Assembly (NCBI GenBank): GCA_977017575.1
Contig: CDRNVI010000182.1
Span: 62,001-126,000 of the forward strand
Origin: Paramoeba atlantica
Taxonomy: Eukaryota; Protista; Discosea
Length of the DNA: 64,000 nucleotides
Reading direction: 5' to 3'
Within the stretch, counting starts at the first letter, position 1. Every line of letters starts with the position of its first letter. This document shows, one piece after another, positions 24,887 to 38,700 of the stretch. The position numbers and the translations under genes are program-made. The notes under the pieces were generated by a model. The model saw only the letters and a program-made list of their open reading frames with translations. It was not told the DNA's origin and did no database searches.

Positions 24887-25915
24887 CTATTTCCATCTTT
24901 TTTCCTTTGGGGGAGAATAATTCTTTTTGGGAGAACTGTGAGAGTAACGGGAATGTTTACAACGACCATCTTTTCCTTTTCTTGCATTCATAAAAAACTT
25001 CTCATCCTTCTGTTCTTCTGATTGTTCTTCCACTTCAGTCAGGGCCAACCTCTCCGTGATTTCTTCCAAACGTTTCTTGAGAATAATTTCTGTTTCCATC
25101 ATCTTTTTTGACTTCTTTTCTTTCGCTTCAAGATTACAAAGTCTTCTTTCAATGTTCCGTTGTTGATTCTGAAGTTTTCTCAATTGTCCAAACGATCTTG
25201 GTTTACCACAATCTTCTTTTTCCTCTTCCTCTTCCTCTTCCTCTTCCTCTTGGACTGTCTCATCAGACAATTCAGCTTCTTCAATATTCTCCTCCTCTTG
25301 TTTGATAGCAACAACAACTTCACTTTTCTCTTGACTTTTCAAATCAATAAGACTCTCTCGAACTTGGGTTTTGTTTTCAGTCAACTGTTCCTTTCTTTGT
25401 TGAAGAGCCACAATCTTTTCTTCAAGAACATCGATCTGATCTGCCAGTTTCTCGTCACGCTTACTGAGCATTTCAATCTTCTTCTCTCTCTTCTGTTGTT
25501 CCTTGAGTCTTTTCTGAGGGTTCTCAGAAACTGACTCATCATCAGTACTCTCATCACTCGCTTTCTCTTCATCATCATCATCCACTCGATTTTCAATCTC
25601 CTGATGACTCTTCACTGCTGTCACCATCTCGTTGTCCTTTTTGGGGAGAACAAACAAAGCGTCTTCCAAGTCTTGATTACGTTTCACAAAGACGACATCA
25701 CACTCATCATTGAGATAGAACACTCGAACTGCAGCAGTTGAAGTTCCGTACACATCCTGGATCTTCCTTCGCAGACTTCGAAAGTCTTGAGCTTGAATAG
25801 AACACACTTCTCCATTCTCAGTGTTTCGAACTTCCCACCACTGTTCTTCTTCTTCCTTCTCGAGGTTTTTTGATCGAACAACGATCGACGACATCAACTG
25901 AACTCTCATCACCAT
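24887..25915 (-). CDS. PB1-like domain + acidic coiled-coil protein, paralogue 1
   Basis: Intact 342-aa ORF; FYLNDECDVVFVKRNQDLEDAL resembles the PB1 OPCA motif; heptad-rich E/K segment; basic C-terminal tail. Confidence 0.75.
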   Translation of the reverse strand: MVMRVQLMSSIVVRSKNLEKEEEEQWWEVRNTENGEVCSIQAQDFRSLRRKIQDVYGTSTAAVRVFYLNDECDVVFVKRNQDLEDALFVLPKKDNEMVTAVKSHQEIENRVDDDDEEKASDESTDDESVSENPQKRLKEQQKREKKIEMLSKRDEKLADQIDVLEEKIVALQQRKEQLTENKTQVRESLIDLKSQEKSEVVVAIKQEEENIEEAELSDETVQEEEEEEEEEEKEDCGKPRSFGQLRKLQNQQRNIERRLCNLEAKEKKSKKMMETEIILKKRLEEITERLALTEVEEQSEEQKDEKFFMNARKGKDGRCKHSRYSHSSPKKNYSPPKEKRWK

Positions 25916-26521
25916 GTTGGATTGTTGTTTTTCTGTTTCAAGTTATCCAGAAAAAGAAATGTTTTGAATTAAAAACAAAACCTGAGAGAAGAAGTGGTTG
26001 CGTTTGTTGTCGTTCATGGAAGGGGATAAGAGGAAGAGGGGGTGATGGTGAGAAGGAACACCAACCCCACAAACCACAAAAAAACAAAAAACAAAATCAC
26101 CGAAAGAACCAACAAAGCCAAAAAAAAAAAGAGGGGCGGCGTAGGGTGGGAGGTTCAATTCTCACAAAATTTTCCTTTTTTTTACTTTTTATTTTTTATT
26201 TTTTTTTATTCAGTGAAGGTGTTGGGCGGACTTGGACAAAACTTTTTCAAAACGACGAAAAAAGAGGTTGGGAGTGGTTGTCTTCGAAAAATGAGAAACC
26301 ACACCCAATGGATACTTCACTGAACTGAGCCAACTTTTTCCAAGAACAGGTTTCTTCGTCCCCTCCTCGACCCACCAAAAAACACAAAAACAAAAACAAA
26401 AAAACAAAAAAACAAAACAAAAAAACAAAACAAAAAAAACAAAACAAAAAACACAAAACCAAAACAAAAAAAACAGTGCCCCTTCTTGTGTGATTGTGAT
26501 TGATCGACAAATACTACTACT

Positions 26522-26974
26522 ATGGCTTCCGTGGTTCAATTTTCTGATGAATGTATCTCTATTGCTCGCTCCGTCAAATCCGGAAAATCAAAAGGATGTA
26601 TCTTCTTGATCGATGATGGAAAATGTCAAACTGATTATCATGATTTATCGAAAAGTGAGGATGTGGTGGATGGGCGAACAGAATGGGCTGAATTCACGAC
26701 TCATCTCCCAAGAGACAAATGTGCGTATGGATTGACTCACATCAAATACATCTCTCCTTCTGATCACATCGAAAGGAGTAAGTTAGTGTTTGTGATGTGG
26801 GCACCTGACAGAGCTAAAATCAAAGAAAAGATGGTTGTTTCTTTTTCTGCAAATGGAATTGTTGGAAAGATTGGAGAAGGTGGGATTTCTTGTCGACTTC
26901 AGGGTGGTTCGGTTGCATCTGTTGATTATGATGAAGTTTTGGAACATGCATTGGCGCGATCTACAGTGAAGTGA
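26522..26974 (+). CDS. ADF/COF: ADF/cofilin-family actin-depolymerising protein (divergent)
   Basis: MAS start, W-x-EF..LP..KCAYGL, RSKLVFVMWAPDRAKIKEKM; 150 aa. Confidence 0.88.
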   Translation: MASVVQFSDECISIARSVKSGKSKGCIFLIDDGKCQTDYHDLSKSEDVVDGRTEWAEFTTHLPRDKCAYGLTHIKYISPSDHIERSKLVFVMWAPDRAKIKEKMVVSFSANGIVGKIGEGGISCRLQGGSVASVDYDEVLEHALARSTVK

Positions 26975-28229
26975 AAAACAGAAATGAGGAGATTCCCCCT
27001 TCCCTCTCTTTCTCTCTCTCTCTTCCTCTCTCTCCTCTCCTTTCTTGGGTGGAGGGAGTGGAGGAGGGGTGTGTCTGTTTCAAAAGTTGATTTGTGAAAG
27101 AGGAGACAAAAAAATGACTCCTCTCTTCTCTTTCCTCTTCTTCTTTTTTGAATTCCATGAAAATTATTTACTTTAATTTTTAATAAAAGAGATCCTTTTT
27201 CACATTGTCTCTTCTTGCTGCTTTGTTTTTTCGAACCTTTTCTTTCAACAACACAGATTTAGTTCGCTAAAAGTGTGCTAATTTTTTTTTTGTTTTTTTT
27301 TGTTTTCCCTTCTTGTTCCCTGATACAAAACAAGAGAGGCAAGAGGGAGAAAAGGAAGAAAGAACACCGACCTTGAAGTTAAAAGAAAAAAAAGAAAACA
27401 GATTTTCAAAAAAGAGTGATCAAAGAAAAAAAGGAGAGAAAAGAAAACAACCAACTTGTTTCTTTTTTCCTTTTTCGAGAGAGAGAGGCAAGAGGGGTTT
27501 GAAATTGAGCGAATTGGGAATGGCGTGGGGGGCAATTGGGTTATCCACACCAAAAAGACAAAAGGTTATTCTTTTCTTTTCTTTTCTTTTTTAAATCTTT
27601 TTGTTTGTCATGTTTTGTCATGTGGTTATATCTTGTGAGTGTGGTGTGTGATGTGATGTGATGTTTGTTGTTTTCGGCTTTTGGGATTGGGGTTGGGGAT
27701 TGGTTGGTTTTTCTCCTTTTAGTTTCCCTCCTTTTTTTTAATCTTTTTCTTCTCTTTTTCACTTTGTTTTTTTCTTTCTTTCTCTCTTTCTTCTTTTTTT
27801 CTCTTTTTTTTCTTTGACTTTGGTGTTTGGGATTTTTGAATTCTTCATTTTTCCTTTGTCTCTCCTTTCTCCCTTTCTCCTTTTTTTTCTTTACTTTTTT
27901 TTTCTTTTCTTATTTTTTTTCTATCTTTTAAAAGAATTCTAATACCAATATTCTTTTCTCTTCAGGTTTTACATTCCATGAATTGACCACTACAACCAAT
28001 CTATTTTTGCACATCTCAAAATGTTGAAGCGATTTCTTTATCAGATCTAAGAGAAAAAAAAGAGTTGGAATTCTTGTTTGACGTGTTTCTTGGGTCTCTA
28101 TAGCCAAGTCTGAGAGAGTTAAAGAGTTATATTGTAGGGCTGTCTGACTAAGTATCCAAAGAGAACCACTTTGATCACTTTTTCATATGGTTTGTTAACT
28201 TTTTTTTATTTTTATTTTTATTTTTAGTT

Positions 28230-30440
28230 GATTGTGTTTTTTTAGTCTGTTTTTTTTTGTTGTTGTTGATATCCTCTTTTCTTTTTTTTTTGTTCTATTT
28301 TTTTTTTCTCATCTCTCTTCTCACACTCAAGTTCATCTTATAACACAGGTGATCTTGCTATATTGTTCAGGGTTAAGTGTTAGTAATTTATTGGGGTGTT
28401 TTGTTTTGCAACATCCAAAGTTTTTGAGATTGTGAGATGTTTGTAAAAGAATCTCATTTTTGGGCAAATGATCAGGGAAGATGATGGAGATTGTAGAGCA
28501 AAGAGAAAAACAAAGGAGCAAAAAGATAAAACTGGAATCAAAATGTTATCTTCTTTTTCTTTTTTTCTTTTCTTTACTTTTTCTTTTTCTTCTGTCTTTT
28601 CCTTTTTTTCTTTATTCTTTCTTTATTCTTTCTTTATTCTTTCTTTTTTCCTTTTTCCTTTGAGGTAAACCTGATTTTTTTTTTGGTTCAAAATAAACCT
28701 GCAGAAGAAGAGGCTGGACGAATTTCTTTTTCAGATTCGCCCTTGGTGAAGGAGACTCATGAGGGTGATTCTTGCAATAATGTTTGATTAAATCAGGAGC
28801 AGAGATGGTGTCTGATAGCTTTTCCAACACAGTAGTCCTTCTATTAAAGTGTTCCATCCTCATCAATGTGGTGTTCATGAATCTCTTTCACTTTGTAATT
28901 GTAATCATCTCTGTGGTTAAAATCATCCATCTTATTCAATTCAAGGACACATGCAGGAGGGGTTGGTTTTGTATTTGTCCTTCTTCATAATTAACAGAGA
29001 TCTCATATATCTTTACTTTTAATTCCTTTAGGTGCATAATATTTTTGTGGCACATGTTCTGTTGTTCTAGATTGAAATGATCAGCAGAAGTGGTGACTGC
29101 TATTTCTCGTCGATATGCCTCTGTTGTATCCAATACCATTGATGGATGTCTACCAAAGTGAATGAAGAATGAAGTGAAGAGGAATTAGGAGATCCCAATC
29201 ATCTTCAATGATCATGGATATATATATATGCTTAAATGACCTTGATTTGCCAAATCAGCCGTGAAGCTGGTTTGAGAATTCAAAGCCATTGTCAGGGTTA
29301 TAATCTTGATAGGCATAGAGTTGATGCAGGTGTGTATTGCATAAAGCAATTTCTGCAATTGTTTTTGCATTTCTGTGGCTGGGAGATTGGGTAGATTTGG
29401 ATGGATCCATCGAAATTGTCACAATTACAGGCAAAAGTGAATCCTTGTATGATGGTATTTTGGTCCAGGGGGTGCAGGCAGTGGCCCAGGAGGATATGGA
29501 GTAAAGAAGAGGTTTGAGTCTTGCTCCTCTCATTCCTTTTTTTGTTTTTTTTGTTGTTGTCTTGACATTCCAAACAGTTTTGGCAAAAGGAGTAAATGTA
29601 TGGGTATATGATTTAGGAAAAACAGAATGATGAGTCAGAGACTGCTTGATCCAAAGCGCTTCTCAAACTTTCTGTGACCACCATTTAGTATTTCACCCCA
29701 AAAGTGATTGAGGTAGGACTGCTGGAGGCAACCCTCTTTCTCTTTAGGGTTACATTTCAGCCACTTTTCTGAGGATTCCTGCTGGGTCTATCCAGAATTT
29801 GTGGGTTTTTGTTTGAAGCATTTTTTGATTGTTTCTTTAGAGGAAGAATTCCACACAGATGATAGTTGATTATTTTAGTGCAGAAGGAATATCATCTTGC
29901 TATGCTTGAGCAAAAGGCTTGGTAATTCAACTGATTTGGGAATTGGTCTCCCCCTCAAGTGTGTGAATTGATTTTAAGAGGGTGTTAAACATTTGAACAT
30001 CTGGGATGCTCTTGTCTTGTTCCTCTTTTTTTGGTTGGTTTTTGCCATAAGATCATTTTGTTTGTCAAGAATATCTTATATTTGGCAGCAAAAGTGAATG
30101 TCTCTGTTAACTGCTCTGGTTTTCTTTGTATCATATGTGATATTTTGTGTCAGCTGAGCGCATCAGAGGAATTGCTATTTGTCTTCCTGGCTTGTGGATT
30201 ACTTTTTGACATTGTATTTCATGATTCTTGTGCAATCTAGTCTCAAAATATTGTATGGTCTGTGGGTTTTTTTTTCGGATTTGAATACTCTTGAGAGAGC
30301 TGGGACAATGCCTCTATGCACTTCAAATCAACAGGTGGCCTTAGGTAGAAGTATTCCCTCCAGCCTCATATGGGTTTGGTTTGATTTGAGTTATGTTGTG
30401 CAATGGGTTTCAAAATGGATGTTGTATGCAGAGAATTGAG
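28230..30440. other. CpG-depleted complex sequence, probably a decayed retroelement
   Basis: Almost no CG dinucleotides, only short broken ORFs, adjacent to the copia relic; no diagnostic motif recognised. Confidence 0.35.
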
Positions 30441-30469
30441 AATCATATTGTAGAAGTTGTAAAGTAAAA

Positions 30470-32010
30470 GGACAAGGGAAAAACCACAAAACATGGAAAG
30501 CCCTTGGATGAGGGAAAACTGGAATGTGAGCACAGTGCAAAAAACCTCCAGGAATGAGAATAGTTGAATATGTGAGGAAGAGAGAGAGAGAGAGGATATT
30601 GAGTATGCAGGCTAAATGGGCAGATCTGAGACTGAGAGTGAACTTCTATGTTTTCAGAAAGGGTTGTCCATTTAATGCTTTGGTCAGGATGTGTGCACAG
30701 TTTGTTAGTAAGAAGTAGATTCAAAAGAAATGACCTTTGTATCATGTGCATAGTGGAGATCAAAGTAGTGGTGGGGAAGGATATGTCAGCTTCCTTTTGT
30801 AGTCTGGGGATTTGTTATTTGTGCTTCATTGTCTGTGTGTGAAAGGGAATGGGTCAAGTGTAGTTGTCATCAGTGTGTTCAAGAAGGAATGAGGCCCATC
30901 ATCTCTGGTGCTATCCAAACATTTTGATCCAGCAATATAATCTCAGTATGTTGAGTGCTCTTTGGGAACGGTTTTGGAGAGAGAGGAATGCCATATATGC
31001 CCAGCAACAATCATGTTCAGTTTCATACAATAGCCAAGGGATGATTTTCCAGTGTTGAGATCCAAGTTGTAGGAGGCCTCTGAGTGAACATTGAGAGTGA
31101 TGTCAGATGTTTTCAGTTTGTAGAGCAATCCCATCCATTTTGTTCCCTTCAAATATTTGACCACTTGTTTTAGGTGTTTCCAGTGAGACTTCTCTGGGTT
31201 TGAGGTGTATTGAGAGAGAGAGATCACAGAGTAGAAAATATTGGGATGTGTGGCCATTGCAAAATGTATAAAAGTGTTTGCCAATAATGGTGGATTGATA
31301 AGGGATGTTCTTCATATCCTCAAGTTCAGTAGTATTTCTAGTACAATGTTCTTTATGAGGTTGATATCCAAAGGAAGTGTGGGTATTCTGTGTTCCTGGT
31401 GTGTTGACAAACCAAGAGAGTTCAAGAGGTTTTTAATTATAGCAGTTTGGGAGAGGAAGTAGAATCCATCTTTGCAGATTTGGAAGGAGATACTGAATGT
31501 GTAAGAAACTTGCTTGAAAGTTTTAACTTGAAATTCTTTGTGAAGCTATGCAAGAATCTTTGTGGTGTGGTTGTTGTTAGGACCAGTAATAAAGATGTTA
31601 TTGTGACCCAGAGAGCAATAATTGATCCATTGGTGTGATGGTATATAAAGCAAGTTTGTTTGGAGAAGGAATATAACCAATCAATTTGAGATACTTGTCA
31701 AGACAGATGTTCCATACTCTTCCAGCATTTGAAGCTTTGTAAAGTACAACAACATTACTATCTTTTCTAAGAGAATCCCCATTGATTTTGTTCCAGTGTA
31801 GAAAAGAGGTAGATGAGTGAAAACAAGTTTCTCCATTTTTCTTTATTCAGATAAGCATTTTTTTTTGTGTAGCAAGAGCAATAAGCATCCAGATACTTTC
31901 AAGGTGGGTGCAGGGAGAAAATATCTTGTTGTAATAATGGATTCTCTTCTTTCAGATGATATTCTTGAAGAACAAGTTAAACCTTCCATTGAGCAATATT
32001 ACTAAAAACA
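30470..32010 (-). mobile_element. Ty1/copia RT-RNase H relic
   Basis: Decayed motifs KA*LVLQEY..FSPAPT, ASNAGRVWNICLDKYL, ATHPNIFYSVISLSQYTSNPEKSHWKHLKQVVKYLKGT, SSLGY and AHILTKAL. Confidence 0.85.
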
Positions 32011-32706
32011 TTGCAATTCAAAAAAAATCTTTTGTTGTGTTCTATCAAAGATTTTTCTTTCCTCTAGAGTTGGTTCTTAAAATACATTGAGTTGCTCAAT
32101 TCCCCTGTGTTCTTTGTGTGAGATCTTAAGAAACTTTTTCTTCCTTTTTATTTTCTTTACATTCTTCTTTTCCCCACTGATTCTACCTCAACCTTCTACT
32201 CCACCACCAAAATTGCTTCCAAACCTATCCCTCTCAATGCTTTTCTTCTTCATACAATGGATAGAAAATCTTCTTAACACTTCTACAATAATTAACTCTC
32301 TAGTGACTCCAATGTTGAGAATTTTTGATTGGTATTTTTTTATTTTGAAAAAGAAAAGCTTTGAGAGAAATGAACCTTGATTGGAATGAACATTTAAAAA
32401 AAAGAACTATATTTAACAATTTTTTTCTTTTTCTTTTTATTTTTTTCTTTTTGAAACTCCCTCACCTTATCAATAATATCACAAATTCTTTAAAAATTTA
32501 ATATTTGCAATGATTTATTGTTTTCTTTGAAAAAAACTCAAAAAAATTAATATAAAAGAAATAATTGTAAAAAAAAAAAATAAAAAATTAAACTGATTTC
32601 ATTAACTAGCTTGTTTTTTTGTTTTTTTAGAGATGAGTATGATAGTTTAATTGTCCTTTTCTTCAATTTTTCATTTTTGAGGTCTCAAGTTCAATTCTTT
32701 TAATTT

Positions 32707-35700
32707 AAAATTGAATAACAATTTTCTAAAAATGAAAATAATACAAATAGACATTGAAAAAGTGATTGGAAAATAATCAAAAACAAAGGGAAATATGTTT
32801 TTTTTTTTGTAAATAAGTCAAATAGATTGTAAAATTGTGTAAAAAATACAATTTTATTTGTAACTTGTCTGGTAACTAAATTTTAAACATCAAAAACTAA
32901 ATAATAATTTTCTAAAAAATGAAAATAATACAAATATTGATTTATACATTGAAAAAAGTGATTGGGAAATAATCAAAAACAAAGGGAAATATGTTTTTTT
33001 TTTTGTAAATAAATCAAATAGATTGTAAAATTGTGTAAAAAATACAATTTTATTTGTAACTTGTCTGAAAATGAACTTTTAAACATCAAAAATTGAATAA
33101 CAATTTTCTAAAAATGAAAATAATACAAATAGACATTGAAAAAGTGATTGGAAAATAATCAAAAACAAAGGGAAATATGTTTTTTTTTTTGTAAATAAGT
33201 CAAATAGATTGTAAAATTGTGTAAAAAATACAATTTTATTTGTAACTTGTCTGGTAACTAAATTTTAAACATCAAAAACTAAATAATAATTTTCTAAAAA
33301 ATGAAAATAATACAAATATTGATTTATACATTGAAAAAAGTGATTGGGAAATAATCAAAAACAAAGGGAAATATGTTTTTTTTTTTGTAAATAAATCAAA
33401 TAGATTGTAAAATTGTGTAAAAAATACAATTTTATTTGTAACTTGTCTGAAAATGAACTTTTAAACATCAAAAATTGAATAACAATTTTCTAAAAATGAA
33501 AATAATACAAATAGACATTGAAAAAGTGATTGGAAAATAATCAAAAACAAAGGGAAATATGTTTTTTTTTTTGTAAATAAGTCAAATAGATTGTAAAATT
33601 GTGTAAAAAATACAATTTTATTTGTAACTTGTCTGGTAACTAAATTTTAAACATCAAAAACTAAATAATAATTTTCTAAAAAATGAAAATAATACAAATA
33701 TTGATTTATACATTGAAAAAAGTGATTGGGAAATAATCAAAAACAAAGGGAAATATGTTTTTTTTTTTGTAAATAAATCAAATAGATTGTAAAATTGTGT
33801 AAAAAATACAATTTTATTTGTAACTTGTCTGAAAATGAACTTTTAAACATCAAAAATTGAATAACAATTTTCTAAAAATGAAAATAATACAAATAGACAT
33901 TGAAAAAGTGATTGGAAAATAATCAAAAACAAAGGGAAATATGTTTTTTTTTTTGTAAATAAGTCAAATAGATTGTAAAATTGTGTAAAAAATACAATTT
34001 TATTTGTAACTTGTCTGGTAACTAAATTTTAAACATCAAAAACTAAATAATAATTTTCTAAAAAATGAAAATAATACAAATATTGATTTATACATTGAAA
34101 AAAGTGATTGGGAAATAATCAAAAACAAAGGGAAATATGTTTTTTTTTTTGTAAATAAATCAAATAGATTGTAAAATTGTGTAAAAAATACAATTTTATT
34201 TGTAACTTGTCTGAAAATGAACTTTTAAACATCAAAAATTGAATAACAATTTTCTAAAAATGAAAATAATACAAATAGACATTGAAAAAGTGATTGGAAA
34301 ATAATCAAAAACAAAGGGAAATATGTTTTTTTTTTTGTAAATAAGTCAAATAGATTGTAAAATTGTGTAAAAAATACAATTTTATTTGTAACTTGTCTGG
34401 TAACTAAATTTTAAACATCAAAAACTAAATAATAATTTTCTAAAAAATGAAAATAATACAAATATTGATTTATACATTGAAAAAAGTGATTGGGAAATAA
34501 TCAAAAACAAAGGGAAATATGTTTTTTTTTTTGTAAATAAATCAAATAGATTGTAAAATTGTGTAAAAAATACAATTTTATTTGTAACTTGTCTGAAAAT
34601 GAACTTTTAAACATCAAAAATTGAATAACAATTTTCTAAAAATGAAAATAATACAAATAGACATTGAAAAAGTGATTGGAAAATAATCAAAAACAAAGGG
34701 AAATATGTTTTTTTTTTTGTAAATAAGTCAAATAGATTGTAAAATTGTGTAAAAAATACAATTTTATTTGTAACTTGTCTGGTAACTAAATTTTAAACAT
34801 CAAAAACTAAATAATAATTTTCTAAAAAATGAAAATAATACAAATATTGATTTATACATTGAAAAAAGTGATTGGGAAATAATCAAAAACAAAGGGAAAT
34901 ATGTTTTTTTTTTTGTAAATAAATCAAATAGATTGTAAAATTGTGTAAAAAATACAATTTTATTTGTAACTTGTCTGAAAATGAACTTTTAAACATCAAA
35001 AATTGAATAACAATTTTCTAAAAATGAAAATAATACAAATAGACATTGAAAAAGTGATTGGAAAATAATCAAAAACAAAGGGAAATATGTTTTTTTTTTT
35101 GTAAATAAGTCAAATAGATTGTAAAATTGTGTAAAAAATACAATTTTATTTGTAACTTGTCTGGTAACTAAATTTTAAACATCAAAAACTAAATAATAAT
35201 TTTCTAAAAAATGAAAATAATACAAATATTGATTTATACATTGAAAAAAGTGATTGGGAAATAATCAAAAACAAAGGGAAATATGTTTTTTTTTTTGTAA
35301 ATAAATCAAATAGATTGTAAAATTGTGTAAAAAATACAATTTTATTTGTAACTTGTCTGAAAATGAACTTTTAAACATCAAAAATTGAATAACAATTTTC
35401 TAAAAATGAAAATAATACAAATAGACATTGAAAAAGTGATTGGAAAATAATCAAAAACAAAGGGAAATATGTTTTTTTTTTTGTAAATAAGTCAAATAGA
35501 TTGTAAAATTGTGTAAAAAATACAATTTTATTTGTAACTTGTCTGGTAACTAAATTTTAAACATCAAAAACTAAATAATAATTTTCTAAAAAATGAAAAT
35601 AATACAAATATTGATTTATACATTGAAAAAAGTGATTGGGAAATAATCAAAAACAAAGGGAAATATGTTTTTTTTTTTGTAAATAAATCAAATAGATTGT

Positions 35701-38700
35701 AAAATTGTGTAAAAAATACAATTTTATTTGTAACTTGTCTGAAAATGAACTTTTAAACATCAAAAATTGAATAACAATTTTCTAAAAATGAAAATAATAC
35801 AAATAGACATTGAAAAAGTGATTGGAAAATAATCAAAAACAAAGGGAAATATGTTTTTTTTTTTGTAAATAAGTCAAATAGATTGTAAAATTGTGTAAAA
35901 AATACAATTTTATTTGTAACTTGTCTGGTAACTAAATTTTAAACATCAAAAACTAAATAATAATTTTCTAAAAAATGAAAATAATACAAATATTGATTTA
36001 TACATTGAAAAAAGTGATTGGGAAATAATCAAAAACAAAGGGAAATATGTTTTTTTTTTTGTAAATAAATCAAATAGATTGTAAAATTGTGTAAAAAATA
36101 CAATTTTATTTGTAACTTGTCTGAAAATGAACTTTTAAACATCAAAAATTGAATAACAATTTTCTAAAAATGAAAATAATACAAATAGACATTGAAAAAG
36201 TGATTGGAAAATAATCAAAAACAAAGGGAAATATGTTTTTTTTTTTGTAAATAAGTCAAATAGATTGTAAAATTGTGTAAAAAATACAATTTTATTTGTA
36301 ACTTGTCTGGTAACTAAATTTTAAACATCAAAAACTAAATAATAATTTTCTAAAAAATGAAAATAATACAAATATTGATTTATACATTGAAAAAAGTGAT
36401 TGGGAAATAATCAAAAACAAAGGGAAATATGTTTTTTTTTTTGTAAATAAATCAAATAGATTGTAAAATTGTGTAAAAAATACAATTTTATTTGTAACTT
36501 GTCTGAAAATGAACTTTTAAACATCAAAAATTGAATAACAATTTTCTAAAAATGAAAATAATACAAATAGACATTGAAAAAGTGATTGGAAAATAATCAA
36601 AAACAAAGGGAAATATGTTTTTTTTTTTGTAAATAAGTCAAATAGATTGTAAAATTGTGTAAAAAATACAATTTTATTTGTAACTTGTCTGGTAACTAAA
36701 TTTTAAACATCAAAAACTAAATAATAATTTTCTAAAAAATGAAAATAATACAAATATTGATTTATACATTGAAAAAAGTGATTGGGAAATAATCAAAAAC
36801 AAAGGGAAATATGTTTTTTTTTTTGTAAATAAATCAAATAGATTGTAAAATTGTGTAAAAAATACAATTTTATTTGTAACTTGTCTGAAAATGAACTTTT
36901 AAACATCAAAAATTGAATAACAATTTTCTAAAAATGAAAATAATACAAATAGACATTGAAAAAGTGATTGGAAAATAATCAAAAACAAAGGGAAATATGT
37001 TTTTTTTTTTGTAAATAAGTCAAATAGATTGTAAAATTGTGTAAAAAATACAATTTTATTTGTAACTTGTCTGGTAACTAAATTTTAAACATCAAAAACT
37101 AAATAATAATTTTCTAAAAAATGAAAATAATACAAATATTGATTTATACATTGAAAAAAGTGATTGGGAAATAATCAAAAACAAAGGGAAATATGTTTTT
37201 TTTTTTGTAAATAAATCAAATAGATTGTAAAATTGTGTAAAAAATACAATTTTATTTGTAACTTGTCTGAAAATGAACTTTTAAACATCAAAAATTGAAT
37301 AACAATTTTCTAAAAATGAAAATAATACAAATAGACATTGAAAAAGTGATTGGAAAATAATCAAAAACAAAGGGAAATATGTTTTTTTTTTTGTAAATAA
37401 GTCAAATAGATTGTAAAATTGTGTAAAAAATACAATTTTATTTGTAACTTGTCTGGTAACTAAATTTTAAACATCAAAAACTAAATAATAATTTTCTAAA
37501 AAATGAAAATAATACAAATATTGATTTATACATTGAAAAAAGTGATTGGGAAATAATCAAAAACAAAGGGAAATATGTTTTTTTTTTTGTAAATAAATCA
37601 AATAGATTGTAAAATTGTGTAAAAAATACAATTTTATTTGTAACTTGTCTGAAAATGAACTTTTAAACATCAAAAATTGAATAACAATTTTCTAAAAATG
37701 AAAATAATACAAATAGACATTGAAAAAGTGATTGGAAAATAATCAAAAACAAAGGGAAATATGTTTTTTTTTTTGTAAATAAGTCAAATAGATTGTAAAA
37801 TTGTGTAAAAAATACAATTTTATTTGTAACTTGTCTGGTAACTAAATTTTAAACATCAAAAACTAAATAATAATTTTCTAAAAAATGAAAATAATACAAA
37901 TATTGATTTATACATTGAAAAAAGTGATTGGGAAATAATCAAAAACAAAGGGAAATATGTTTTTTTTTTTGTAAATAAATCAAATAGATTGTAAAATTGT
38001 GTAAAAAATACAATTTTATTTGTAACTTGTCTGAAAATGAACTTTTAAACATCAAAAATTGAATAACAATTTTCTAAAAATGAAAATAATACAAATAGAC
38101 ATTGAAAAAGTGATTGGAAAATAATCAAAAACAAAGGGAAATATGTTTTTTTTTTTGTAAATAAGTCAAATAGATTGTAAAATTGTGTAAAAAATACAAT
38201 TTTATTTGTAACTTGTCTGGTAACTAAATTTTAAACATCAAAAACTAAATAATAATTTTCTAAAAAATGAAAATAATACAAATATTGATTTATACATTGA
38301 AAAAAGTGATTGGGAAATAATCAAAAACAAAGGGAAATATGTTTTTTTTTTTGTAAATAAATCAAATAGATTGTAAAATTGTGTAAAAAATACAATTTTA
38401 TTTGTAACTTGTCTGAAAATGAACTTTTAAACATCAAAAATTGAATAACAATTTTCTAAAAATGAAAATAATACAAATAGACATTGAAAAAGTGATTGGA
38501 AAATAATCAAAAACAAAGGGAAATATGTTTTTTTTTTTGTAAATAAGTCAAATAGATTGTAAAATTGTGTAAAAAATACAATTTTATTTGTAACTTGTCT
38601 GGTAACTAAATTTTAAACATCAAAAACTAAATAATAATTTTCTAAAAAATGAAAATAATACAAATATTGATTTATACATTGAAAAAAGTGATTGGGAAAT

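Larger units (their letters stand above)
21080..26150. repeat. Segmental duplication unit (LRR relic + 5S + hairpin + PB1/coiled-coil gene), paralogous to 52380-57450
   Basis: Collinear shared unique blocks from gaacct..ggtgggatctcaagtctcc to aaatcaccgaaagaac. Confidence 0.9.
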
